This document shows positions 48,111-57,729 of a stretch of 64,000 nt of DNA, piece by piece (positions within the stretch are counted from its first letter, which is position 1; the number at the start of each line of letters is the position of its first letter). The stretch lies in the sequence record PP968062.1; one strand, given 5' to 3'. A model generated the notes under the pieces. The model ran no database searches and was not told the origin of the DNA. It worked only from the letters and a program-made list of their open reading frames with translations. A program made the position numbers and the translations under genes.

Positions 48111-49832
48111 TAAATATACGTAAAGATGATATTTCCTGTTATTGTATACAGGAGATATTAACATGATAAATAATGACATGCGTTACTTACCTCACTCTGG
48201 TCGACGGTATATGGTCAGTCGTTGTGGTAAGGTGTATGATACGAGTGGTATTGAGATAAAGCCTAATGGTGGTAACGTCAGATTAACTTGGTTAAATGGC
48301 GACGATAGTTATTCGGTGGGCATGTTAGTAATTGTAACATACCAGCCTATATACCTACCTGATCACCTTTGGATAAAAATCGAACCTCTTCATCTAGATT
48401 GTGACCCTAACAATAATCATGTCGATAATTTGCGGTATCGTTTCGTAAATGGTAAATTGGAGTATGAAGCAATTCCAGGCTTCTACTATATTCCACATTA
48501 CACCAAATATGTAATCGATATTTACGGAAATATGCTCACTGCTGAAAATGGCAGAGATAAGACTTGGGGTTATGTAAAGTCAGATCTAGAACGTAATTCG
48601 AAAGGTGGATACAGATTTACACGAGTCGTTAATGAACCCGGTGTTAATTCTGTGCTACTTAGACATAGAGCGTTGTGTTTTGTGTTTAAACCAGTTGAGC
48701 GTGCAAGTGATTATGACTTGCTCGTAAACCACATTGATGGCGTACCAGGTAACGATAACTTAGACAATTTGGAATGGGCGACGTATGCAGAGAATAACAA
48801 GCATGCTCACGCCAACGGTCTAAGTGGTGGTAAAGCTAAAGGTGTACTGATGCGTAATATTGAAACCGGTGAACTGAGTAAATTCGCAACCACTAAAGAG
48901 GCGGCGAAAAGTCTTGGGCATGGTTCCAATGCACAAATACGACATCGCTTAAGACATGGTCAAACCATCCACTATCTCGATAATTTACAATTCAAATGGG
49001 ATGATGGTACCGACTGGCTGGATGTGGATATAACCACACCTGCTATTGAATGTAAAATCGGTACAATGATGGCTTCTCGAAATGTCTTAACTGGTGAAGT
49101 CAGAACTTTCGGATCATTTGAAGAAGGTGAGAAATTAACTGGTATTGACAAACAGACGATTGCAATTCATATTCGTGATAATCAGATTGTTCCTTTCCAA
49201 GGTTTTAATTTTGGTTGGTACAAAGAAGGCATGGAATGGCCTATTCATTCTGATATTAACATGAAGGCCTACAAGAAATATCCGACACGTACGCCTGACC
49301 CAATTATTGTGGAAGACATGATACTTGGGGATAAAGTAATCGTGGAAAGTAGGAATGAATTAGCTACTCTTCTTAAGATCAGTCCCAGTTATGCTACTCA
49401 ACTTGTGTCAAACGCAATGATTTATCAGGATAGGTACAAAATGACCTATCATCGTTTACGTGACAACATTTTAGTCCCATCAAGTTGGAATACTTGATGC
49501 AAACTTCTTTAATTGCCGGGGAAATCCTTAGAGACATGTACACCAAATCCATGTAGTGATACATGGACGGCCAGATTAACTACCTGGGTATGGTAAAAGA
49601 GACATGTATTGGGTGATCCGCAGCGAAGCTTCTCTCTGAGAAGAACGTTCAACGACTATCGAAACCACTGCGCAAGCAGACAAGGGAGTAGAGTAGGATC
49701 AAGTGATCCGAAATGGGAAGCATCCGATCCTCGCAAGAGAAGGATGGTGATATAGTCTCCACATCCAGGGAAAGCCTGGAGCAGCACGTTATAGTGCGGA
49801 TAGAGCGTAACGAACTCTATCGAAGATACTGG
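48111..49832 (+). mobile_element. group I intron with homing endonuclease in loop L1
   Basis: 5' exon ends in U, intron ends in G; P 49511, Q 49615, R 49647, S 49749; P7 GACTAT/ATAGTC; splicing restores DLD-IVSTYP in frame. Confidence 0.9.
48142..49497 (+). CDS. HNH homing endonuclease (NUMOD4/HNH plus NUMOD1-like repeats)
   Basis: VNHIDGVPGNDNLDNLEWATYAENNKH; earlier degenerate HLDCDPNNNHVDNL; AT-richer; likely start 48163 (GGAG RBS). Confidence 0.9.
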   Translation: MYTGDINMINNDMRYLPHSGRRYMVSRCGKVYDTSGIEIKPNGGNVRLTWLNGDDSYSVGMLVIVTYQPIYLPDHLWIKIEPLHLDCDPNNNHVDNLRYRFVNGKLEYEAIPGFYYIPHYTKYVIDIYGNMLTAENGRDKTWGYVKSDLERNSKGGYRFTRVVNEPGVNSVLLRHRALCFVFKPVERASDYDLLVNHIDGVPGNDNLDNLEWATYAENNKHAHANGLSGGKAKGVLMRNIETGELSKFATTKEAAKSLGHGSNAQIRHRLRHGQTIHYLDNLQFKWDDGTDWLDVDITTPAIECKIGTMMASRNVLTGEVRTFGSFEEGEKLTGIDKQTIAIHIRDNQIVPFQGFNFGWYKEGMEWPIHSDINMKAYKKYPTRTPDPIIVEDMILGDKVIVESRNELATLLKISPSYATQLVSNAMIYQDRYKMTYHRLRDNILVPSSWNT

Positions 49833-50066
49833 ATTGTCAGTACTTATCCGAACGTTAGCCAGATTCTCAACATTGCTCGGGAAACAACTGTCATGGAATT
49901 CTCCATGATGAAAGATATCTCTGAGCATCATCGTCGAGAAGTAGGGGTGAACTTAACTGGTGGTCGTGTCAACGCTATTGAGATCTGCCAGAAGATCATG
50001 AAAGCTCCGAAGTTGGATGAGATGTTGAAGCTCTACATGGAGAAGAAGGCTAACTCCCCAAAGTAA
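49833..50066 (+). CDS. DNA polymerase subunit, exon 2 (77 aa; spliced product 647 aa)
   Basis: Begins IVSTYPNV directly after the terminal intron G; codon usage like exon 1. Confidence 0.85.
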   Translation: MVSTYPNVSQILNIARETTVMEFSMMKDISEHHRREVGVNLTGGRVNAIEICQKIMKAPKLDEMLKLYMEKKANSPK

Positions 50067-50431
50067 CATATCGATGGAAACGCCGCGGAGGATACGAATG
50101 TTCCTCCGTTGGTGATAAGCGGTTCTCTGCTCTTAATGCTCAAATGCCAGATGGTCGTACAATCGAGATGCACTATCAATGTGACATCAAAGGTTATGAA
50201 CCAGGTGGTACTAATTGGAAGCTTGGTAAAGGTAAACCTCCATTAGCTTCTATAAACTCCTGGGAGGCCTATTACGGGCTTTGGGAGACTTGGGCTAAGG
50301 CAAACCCTGACTTGATGAAAGAACTTCGTATAGGAGCCGATAAGAACGAAGGATATCTTTCTGATGTCTTTGCATCGACTAGTATTTCACAGGCTCGTGC
50401 TCTAGCAGAACTTTTGAACAAAGGCTATTGA
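50057..50431 (+). CDS. NADAR-like domain; no ATG/GTG/TTG before 50144; possibly reached by -1 frameshift
   Basis: In-frame YECSSVGDKRFSAL..DGRTIEMHYQCDIK aligns by eye with YbiA FSNF..DGKTWPTSEHYFQAQK. Confidence 0.55.
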   Translation, partial: PKVTYRWKRRGGYECSSVGDKRFSALNAQMPDGRTIEMHYQCDIKGYEPGGTNWKLGKGKPPLASINSWEAYYGLWETWAKANPDLMKELRIGADKNEGYLSDVFASTSISQARALAELLNKGY

Positions 50432-50470
50432 CAACATATTGCCCGGCTTAAGGCCGGGCTTTATGTCGTT
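50432..50470. terminator. bidirectional terminator
   Basis: GCCCGGC/GCCGGGC plus TTTATGTCGTT. Confidence 0.8.
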
Positions 50471-51122
50471 AAGCTTTACCAATCAAATCTAGAACAGGTC
50501 GCCAACCATAGTTAGCCATACCTGAATCAGCTATTTCGGTCGTGGTACCGATTAGCTGGTTATACCCGCGTGCGCGGTGAAACTGTGGATCAGCAGCGGA
50601 TTCTTCTTGGACCCAGCAAGCACTTCCTACTACAGAGGGAGCACACCCCAATTCAACATTCGTGAAACTAGCTAATACTGGATTATAGTTAGCTGACCTA
50701 CCCACGCCTAGTGGATACATCCAACGCTCCCACTCGCCACCCCAACTTATCGTGTTAGATACAACATTCTTAGTTGTACCGGTCATAACTCGAACACGAA
50801 ACTGATGTCTACCGATTTGGATGATCTTACCAAAGATAAGATCTTTCGCATTTAGTTCAGTCCATCGAATGTTGTTTCTCAATTGCTGTTTAGCAATGTA
50901 GATAAGTTTCCCGTTTTCCACCATTTTTAACCAACCGCCCGCGGTTGCAATAGGCGTACCTTCGGTGATACCAACGAGGTTAGCAAAAGCCAAAGGTCCA
51001 GGTAAGCCTTCTACAAACTCACCATAAAAGCCATGGAGAGAACTACCAGAGATAAGTTCTTGCGGGCCAGGTGGTAATGTGTCATCGTACATCTTAAGTA
51101 CGGAAAGCAATGACTCGAACAT
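50469..51122 (-). CDS. virion protein of the phiKZ gp83/gp131-like paralog family
   Basis: GFYGE, GWLK...GKLIYIAK..LR..I.W, GEWERWMY and C-terminal GWRPVLDL motifs. Confidence 0.7.
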   Translation of the reverse strand: MFESLLSVLKMYDDTLPPGPQELISGSSLHGFYGEFVEGLPGPLAFANLVGITEGTPIATAGGWLKMVENGKLIYIAKQQLRNNIRWTELNAKDLIFGKIIQIGRHQFRVRVMTGTTKNVVSNTISWGGEWERWMYPLGVGRSANYNPVLASFTNVELGCAPSVVGSACWVQEESAADPQFHRARGYNQLIGTTTEIADSGMANYGWRPVLDLIGKA

Positions 51123-51193
51123 ATGTAATCCTGCTCTTCTAAAAACCTATACCGTTGACGGCATAAGCCCTCCCCGAAGGGAGGGCGTTATGT

Positions 51194-52639
51194 TTATTGT
51201 ACTTGTTGGAAGTACTGGAGCAGCAGAGGCTGGCGCTTGGTCGGGAATAGGGATACCAGACTCGGAACGTCGTACTGGGTACGAGCTTCTTTGTTCTCAT
51301 CAGCGAAGATGAAGAACAGAGTCAGAATCTGGATATGGGATTCCTGCACACCACCTTGTACGCTAAGGCCGTCGGTGAAACGGAAAGCGTGGCTGTCATC
51401 AAACAGACCAGGAGATTGGCGGTTCTCGGTAATGAACTTACGAACGATCTCCATGCCATTCTTGAAGCCAATCGGATCTTCAAGGTTGATAACATAACGA
51501 ATAACGTTGTCGAGTTGCTTCTGGGCCATGACACCAGTTTGGGGAGTCAAGGGTTTGCCAGGAGCACAGATCTCTTTGTATTTCTTGAGAGTTTCTTCGA
51601 TGTAGGATTGGTTCACTTCGGTAAGTCCTTCGTAGGAGAGTTGGATACGAACAGCTTCGACGTCTACTTTCGGAGCAGCCGCAGTCGGAATAGCACCGGT
51701 CAGATGAATGGTTTCAGTGGTTTGACCAGTTTGAGCTTTGTAAGCCAGGATAACGTCTTCAGGAGCATTGCTCTTGCTAACCAGAATCAGACGCTCTTTC
51801 AGTTCAACTGCAAGAGACGGTTCACTGGTAGCACCTTCAGGCCGGATCTCACCAAGAGCCCAGCTTTCGAGTTCTTGAGTAGTCCACTGAGTTGCCTTAC
51901 GAGCAAAACGAGTGATGTCAGATTTCCAAGCACCTTTAGAAGTTTTGTCGGGAACAATACCGCTAACAAGGAACTCTTTGCACTGCTGTGGATTCCAAGC
52001 GAGGTCGAGAGTAGCTTCACGGCGTTGATGTTCAACAATAACTTCTTTCAGAACATTGTAACGAACATCTTCAACAAGCTCACCTTTGATATACTGTTCG
52101 AGTTCTTCTTTAGTCCAACCCGATACCGGAGTATCAACTAGAGGTTTGACTTCCTCAACTACCTCTGGTTCAGAAATAGCTGTGGTAGCTTCTTCTCGAA
52201 GAAGATCGACTAGAGCAGGAGTAGGTTCTGGATCAGCCAGCTCTTCTTCTGTTTCACCTTCGGGAGGAAAATCAGTAGTCTCTTCGAGATCACTTTCTTC
52301 TTCGCCTTTGGGATCATCGCCATCTTCGGCTTCAAGACGAGCTAGCTCCATCTCGGATTCCGTGTCGGTATCGAACTTATCAACAACTTCACTGCAAGTC
52401 AACATCCGACCGTCGTCATCATAGAACGCCTCACGGTGGAGTGCAGCTAGAACAGGAGCTACGACCGCTGCTACTTCGTTGTCATCATGATCTTCGAAGG
52501 CAGCTTGTAGATCTTCAAAAGAAAGGGGACCGTATTCAGCCGGAGGCTCTTGGGGAGTTTCCGGAATAACGGAGGTAACAGGCTCTACAGGTTTAGTAAC
52601 GGTAGGGATAGAGAAACCACGATTGCGATTTTTAGCCAT
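51194..52639 (-). CDS. hypothetical protein with acidic N-terminal half
   Basis: 481 aa; AGGA RBS; terminator at 51156-51192. Confidence 0.75.
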   Translation of the reverse strand: MAKNRNRGFSIPTVTKPVEPVTSVIPETPQEPPAEYGPLSFEDLQAAFEDHDDNEVAAVVAPVLAALHREAFYDDDGRMLTCSEVVDKFDTDTESEMELARLEAEDGDDPKGEEESDLEETTDFPPEGETEEELADPEPTPALVDLLREEATTAISEPEVVEEVKPLVDTPVSGWTKEELEQYIKGELVEDVRYNVLKEVIVEHQRREATLDLAWNPQQCKEFLVSGIVPDKTSKGAWKSDITRFARKATQWTTQELESWALGEIRPEGATSEPSLAVELKERLILVSKSNAPEDVILAYKAQTGQTTETIHLTGAIPTAAAPKVDVEAVRIQLSYEGLTEVNQSYIEETLKKYKEICAPGKPLTPQTGVMAQKQLDNVIRYVINLEDPIGFKNGMEIVRKFITENRQSPGLFDDSHAFRFTDGLSVQGGVQESHIQILTLFFIFADENKEARTQYDVPSLVSLFPTKRQPLLLQYFQQVQ

Positions 52640-52701
52640 GGGTATTTCCTAGTTTGTGAATAGTCAAAGAATTAGGGGAATTGGTAAGATTCCCCTTAGT
52701 C

Positions 52702-54045
52702 TTAAGAGAGTCGGCGGACAGGGTCCCATTTAACAGTCTTCAGGGTAGCACTGTGCATCTTCTTCAGAAAGATACTCAGGAAGCGACCACCCACCCCAGC
52801 GGCAGCTGCGGGAATACCGTTTGGGTTCTCAGCAAGAGCTTTACCTGCACAAGTAGCACAGATGTTTTTGTCTCGACCAAGAATACCTTTCTCAACGTCG
52901 CGACCGGTCTTACAAGTCATTGGCCCACGAACATCGATAATATCCCCCATCAGTCCATCAATGTTTTCAGATGTAATCAGAATGGATTCCCCATTCTTAA
53001 CCATCGTGTAACCGACAAGTTCTTTTGCATTGAACTTATCAACACGGGTCGGAACACCGATATGAGTTTTGCAGTCCGGTTCGATAATCCGTACAGTACC
53101 AACCATTCGATAAATCGTCTTAGTCGATTCACCACCCAGAGCAGTCTGAGCACCACGGCTATAGGAACCATAACGCAGAGAGTTGTTCATTACAGGCATG
53201 TGGTCTGTATCGATACCTTCTTCGAGAGATTTAGAGATCAACTCAACAGAAGTACCATCAGAGAACGGAGATTCACCACCAAATAAATAGTGAACTTTCT
53301 TACGGACACCACCGAAGAGCTTAGCGTGTTTAGCATCGTAGAATTCATACGACTCGTCATCAGCCAAATACCCTTCATCCAGCTTGATCAGTTCGTTACC
53401 GATCTTAGCCACGATGGCTGGATCAGTAAGCTGGTCTTTATACTGTTCCAGAAGAGCAGCACGGACCTTATCGCGATCAGGGTGGGCAGTCATCGACTTA
53501 CGAGTTACCGACGTCACAAGGCTGTCTGCATACGCAGGAATAGCCAAGCAATGGTCAGCGAACATTAGATACTGCCAAACATAGATCTTACCGTCAGGAG
53601 CACGTTCAGTAACGTTACCATCCTCACGGTCATCGATCATTCGGTCCAGGAGTTCGTTCTCAATCTTGGACGGACTGAAATAGCCAGTCTGGAATGGGAA
53701 GATATCTCCGAAAGGAATTACCAAGCAAAGGTAGTTAACGAATACGTTACCATAGGTAGTGCGTACAGGCTCGGTACCTTTATAGTTCTCGATTTCACCC
53801 GGTTGAAGGATGAATTCATCGCGGAAGTGCAGAGGTGCACGTCCTTCAATGTAATCTTCGATGTAGATCTTTTCATCGCCATTAGGCATGTAGAACCACA
53901 TCCGCCCTTCACCGAAGTGGGGCTTGTACGGCATGTCGGGAACGTCGTCATTATTAAGAACAACGTTGAACAAACTGTTCATCCAAGCACGCTTCTTACA
54001 GAGACCAGCTTTGATCCCTAAAAGGAAATAGTCACGCAGTTTCAT
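52702..54045 (-). CDS. virion RNA polymerase beta'-like C-terminal subunit (phiKZ gp80-like)
   Basis: YGSYSRGAQTALGG, DCKT, C..CAG and FLSIFLKKMH resemble beta' regions F-G. Confidence 0.85.
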   Translation of the reverse strand: MKLRDYFLLGIKAGLCKKRAWMNSLFNVVLNNDDVPDMPYKPHFGEGRMWFYMPNGDEKIYIEDYIEGRAPLHFRDEFILQPGEIENYKGTEPVRTTYGNVFVNYLCLVIPFGDIFPFQTGYFSPSKIENELLDRMIDDREDGNVTERAPDGKIYVWQYLMFADHCLAIPAYADSLVTSVTRKSMTAHPDRDKVRAALLEQYKDQLTDPAIVAKIGNELIKLDEGYLADDESYEFYDAKHAKLFGGVRKKVHYLFGGESPFSDGTSVELISKSLEEGIDTDHMPVMNNSLRYGSYSRGAQTALGGESTKTIYRMVGTVRIIEPDCKTHIGVPTRVDKFNAKELVGYTMVKNGESILITSENIDGLMGDIIDVRGPMTCKTGRDVEKGILGRDKNICATCAGKALAENPNGIPAAAAGVGGRFLSIFLKKMHSATLKTVKWDPVRRLS

Positions 54046-54916
54046 TTAGCTGCCCCATTTTGATTTCGATCTCACGGATCTCACGTTCCATAATCATTCG
54101 TTCCATGTCGTTCTCAGTGTATTCATCGAGAGACATCTTGACAGTACGGAAGATACCATCCAGGGGAAGATCGGAGAAGAATGCCAGGCCAACCATTTCA
54201 TAGGCTGCTGCTTGAGCACCTTTATTATCGAGTGAGTCCATGCTACTGGTCAGGAGTTCTAGCCAAGGACGACCGATACGCATACCTGCATTAGAGAGTT
54301 CCAGAACCATACTGAACTTATCACGACCCAGAGTAGATAGGAGACGGTTCAGTACACGGATACGAGATACAGGTGCGGTATATTCATCGACATGACCACG
54401 AGTCATCATTGTATCCTGAACGAGTCCTTTCAAAGCCTCAACAAACGATACAGATACTTCTTGAATCAATGGCCACATCTCATCAAAAGATTGACGTTCA
54501 AACATTGGTACAAGATGAGCAAGGATCTCTTCATTATCGAAGTCTCCTTGTAGGATCAATTCAATCTGATCCGGAAGAATATAGTGAGGTATGCCCAAGA
54601 TGGTACGAACTACAGCAAGACGTTGTTCTTGAGTAGCTTCATCCGATACCTTAATTTCATGGGCAGCCAGGACTTGATCATGTGCCACACGAATGATGTC
54701 GTCGATACGACCGAGTAACATCATTGTGTCAGCATAGTCATCCGCAATCGAACAGACTGTATGCAGTTCATCCAGAGCTGCCGAGTAATCCATTTCCTCT
54801 AGGGAAGCTACACAGTCGAGCATGATTTCTTTACGTTCTTCCATCACCAGAGGAGTGAGGATACTATCAAGCATTTCTTTCATTGGAATTATCCTGTATA
54901 AATGAATATCTAACAT
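54032..54916 (-). CDS. conserved hypothetical protein (phiKZ gp79-like)
   Basis: 294 aa; 14-nt overlap with the RNAP subunit gene. Confidence 0.7.
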   Translation of the reverse strand: MLDIHLYRIIPMKEMLDSILTPLVMEERKEIMLDCVASLEEMDYSAALDELHTVCSIADDYADTMMLLGRIDDIIRVAHDQVLAAHEIKVSDEATQEQRLAVVRTILGIPHYILPDQIELILQGDFDNEEILAHLVPMFERQSFDEMWPLIQEVSVSFVEALKGLVQDTMMTRGHVDEYTAPVSRIRVLNRLLSTLGRDKFSMVLELSNAGMRIGRPWLELLTSSMDSLDNKGAQAAAYEMVGLAFFSDLPLDGIFRTVKMSLDEYTENDMERMIMEREIREIEIKMGQLNETA

Positions 54917-55007
54917 ACGGTTAGGTTGCTGGTATTCTTTATAAACCGTGAAAAGTTACGTTTCCTGTTACATCTATGTTACTACACTATTTCCCAATGG
55001 AGCTTCA

Positions 55008-55604
55008 ATGACTAAGTTTAGTGAAATGCCGTTTAATCTGATGGACACTGCACATCATCCAAAGCCTACTCCTGAAGATGAAGCGAGACTCTCTGAAGCC
55101 CTTGATAAAATCTTTTCCCGTAATCCGCAAATGGAGCACAATCAAATGACCGCACTAACCCCGAAAGAACAACTGGACCAAGCAGTAGAAGCCTCCGCAG
55201 TTGCTGCTCAACAACTGATAAAAGAAGATGGCTGGGCTATCCTTCGTGAACTGTATCGCGAGACGGCTATTGCCCTCAACGCTACCTCTATTGTTGTTCT
55301 CCCGGCTTTGGACCGTCGTGAAGAAATCCTGGGCAAACTCAGTGATCCTGAAGGCTTCTCGAAAGACCTGCAAAACTGCATGGCTGACGTTGAGCAGATG
55401 ATCAACGCCCTGGGAGCTCTTCGTGTTCTTCATGTAGACAAAACTGGTATTCCGGAACTGGCTGATCTCGATCTGATCGGTAAGCTAACTCTGGGCTATG
55501 CAAATCTCCAACACAAGATCGAAACAGGTGTTCAGCCTCTGCTGCTGGCTCTGGTCGCCAAAATGCAAGAAGCTGGTGTAGACACTGTTTCCTTCGTGAA
55601 ATAA
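55008..55604 (+). CDS. conserved hypothetical protein
   Basis: Start re-called to MTKFSEM (GGAG RBS); CTATGT motif at 54974-54979. Confidence 0.7.
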   Translation: MTKFSEMPFNLMDTAHHPKPTPEDEARLSEALDKIFSRNPQMEHNQMTALTPKEQLDQAVEASAVAAQQLIKEDGWAILRELYRETAIALNATSIVVLPALDRREEILGKLSDPEGFSKDLQNCMADVEQMINALGALRVLHVDKTGIPELADLDLIGKLTLGYANLQHKIETGVQPLLLALVAKMQEAGVDTVSFVK

Positions 55605-55615
55605 GGTAATACAAA

Positions 55616-57217
55616 ATGCAAGAGCTTGATATGGATAAAGAAGACAATTACCCAGCTGAGGGTAATTGGGAACAACAAGCTGGTGCAGCAGAACAGGGAC
55701 CTACGGGTCCCACTCTGCCAGATGCCCCTGCTTCGGAAGAAGTAGCCTCTACTCCTCCTCCGGAACTTCCTCCTCTGGATATCGATCAGAAGGAAGTAAG
55801 TTTTACTGAATCTCGTAAGTGCTTCAGTGAGGCAATTCCTGGTTCCGCCTCTCTGATGAGTTTCATCCTTGAAAATCCCATCACCTTCAACAAAGTTCTG
55901 GAACGCCACAGTGCTCTCCTGAACGGAATGCAACAAGGTGATCTTACCACTACTAATAGCGATCGCGATTGGCTGATCTCTCTGGTGTCTGGTATGAACC
56001 ACACCAACCTTGACCCGACTCCTATCGGCGGCACTGAACGTCAAGGTTCTCACTGGCAACAAGGTATCTCGGCTCACGATGGTGACAATCTGATTCGTCC
56101 GGGTCGTCCTTCTCAGAAGATCGATCGTAATAAACGTCACAGCAAAGAAGAGCTCCTGGCTTACCTAGCTAAGAAGTCTGGTCTGGGTGCTACCTACGAA
56201 GCATTTATGCCTCGTTCTGGTATCTGGCTGCGCCTGCGTGCTCCGACTCTCTCTGAAGTCGTAGCTCTGCAAACCGAGATGCAACAAGTTAAACTGCGTC
56301 TGGGTATGCAAACCAAAGGCATGTCGTTCTCGAACGCTGGTTCCGTAATGATGGACGCAATGACTAACCTGGCTCTGTCCTGTGTTATTGCTTCTAACAA
56401 GTCTTACGTAACTCCGTCTGACCTGGAACACGAACTGTCGATCTTCGACGAAGCACTGTTGCACCACGCACTAGCTTCTACCATGTACATCGATGGTTTC
56501 AACTACGACGTACCGTGTATCGCTGATCCGGATAACTGTACCGCTCGCATCACTGCTAAGCTGAACATGTCTTCGATCGTTTGGTTCGATAACACTGTAT
56601 TCAGTACTGAACAACGTAAGTTCATCGCTAAGAAATTTGCACCTGCTACTGATGAAGACTTCAAAGCTTATCGTGAAGGCTTTGGTATCGGTGGTAAGCG
56701 AGTGTTCTGGTTCGGTGACATCGGTGTTCGTCTGGCTATCCCGACCATCGCTCAACGTAAGATGGCTGCTTCCCAGTGGTCTCAGACTCTGATCGAAATG
56801 TCTCAAGGTACTTTCAACGAGCCACCTCATGGCATACAGCGTTCTGCTTACATTGATAAGCTGAGCAAAGCTACCATCGCTATGCAATACGCTCACTGGG
56901 TCGATGCTATCTACGAGAAAGACGATGAAGTAGAAGACTTTGACGACCAACTGATTTCCGATGATGAAGAGATCATTAGTGACTATCTGGCGAATACCTT
57001 GAGTGACCCTCAGTACTCCGATGACTTCTTTGAATCGGTTCATGAATACACTAACTCCTGTGTACTCGCAATCGTTGCTCTGCCTTCGCATAACTGCAAG
57101 CAGTGCAAAGGTCCTCAAGGCCAGGCATTCAACGAACGATTCCCGCACCTTGTACCGCTCGATCTGATGGCAATATTTTTCACGTTGGCGGGCCAGAAAG
57201 CCAAGCACCTGGAGTAA
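55616..57217 (+). CDS. conserved jumbo-phage protein (phiKZ gp77-like), Cys-motif containing
   Basis: 533 aa; CIADPDNC and CKQC; AAGG RBS. Confidence 0.75.
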   Translation: MQELDMDKEDNYPAEGNWEQQAGAAEQGPTGPTLPDAPASEEVASTPPPELPPLDIDQKEVSFTESRKCFSEAIPGSASLMSFILENPITFNKVLERHSALLNGMQQGDLTTTNSDRDWLISLVSGMNHTNLDPTPIGGTERQGSHWQQGISAHDGDNLIRPGRPSQKIDRNKRHSKEELLAYLAKKSGLGATYEAFMPRSGIWLRLRAPTLSEVVALQTEMQQVKLRLGMQTKGMSFSNAGSVMMDAMTNLALSCVIASNKSYVTPSDLEHELSIFDEALLHHALASTMYIDGFNYDVPCIADPDNCTARITAKLNMSSIVWFDNTVFSTEQRKFIAKKFAPATDEDFKAYREGFGIGGKRVFWFGDIGVRLAIPTIAQRKMAASQWSQTLIEMSQGTFNEPPHGIQRSAYIDKLSKATIAMQYAHWVDAIYEKDDEVEDFDDQLISDDEEIISDYLANTLSDPQYSDDFFESVHEYTNSCVLAIVALPSHNCKQCKGPQGQAFNERFPHLVPLDLMAIFFTLAGQKAKHLE

Positions 57218-57282
57218 TCAACGAGGACCCCCGTCATAGTCGTCTGACAATTAACTTGGATGACTATAACGGGCACGTCACA

Positions 57283-57678
57283 ATGAACTCTTTCGGTCGT
57301 AGGACATCTAACGGTAAGAGTGCATTCGATGAACTCGTGCGGACGCTAGGAGCCGTAAGGCCAGTTATCGCTGAGATGATGACGCGCAAGGCTTATCATA
57401 AAGACTATGGTATTTTCGATCACGATTCAGATGAAGCAGATCCTTTGGACTTGGTTCGCCTGCATCCTAAAGAAAACATCATTGAAGGTGGACCTGAGCG
57501 TACTTGGATTCGTAAATTCGTTAACTACAAGATCAATGAGATCTACGGAGTGTCGTTATTAGACTTCTTCGAGATTCCATTTAACCATTGCCTGTTTATG
57601 GTTGAACTCGCTGAGTCAAAAGCTCTGCAAGGTAGTATTCAGGCTAGACAGCTTGAGAAAGATCTTGGACTGAAATAA
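57283..57678 (+). CDS. conserved hypothetical protein (phiKZ gp76-like); start uncertain
   Basis: Open frame after the gp77-like gene, ending at a terminator. Confidence 0.6.
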   Translation: MNSFGRRTSNGKSAFDELVRTLGAVRPVIAEMMTRKAYHKDYGIFDHDSDEADPLDLVRLHPKENIIEGGPERTWIRKFVNYKINEIYGVSLLDFFEIPFNHCLFMVELAESKALQGSIQARQLEKDLGLK

Positions 57679-57729
57679 AAAAAAAATAAGGCATACGCCC
57701 TCTCCCGAAGGAGAGGGCTATATGTCGTC
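57677..57729. terminator. bidirectional terminator at convergent junction
   Basis: GCCCTCTCC-cgaa-GGAGAGGGC; A-tract on the left, TATATGTCGTC on the right. Confidence 0.8.

Noticed and set aside
49713-49832. N-terminal 40 aa of the track ORF 49713-50066
   Set aside because: Lies inside the intron core (P8-P9 region); only 49833 onward is exon
50469-51122. Diversity-generating retroelement target
   Set aside because: No reverse transcriptase and no adenine-variant template repeat seen in this window
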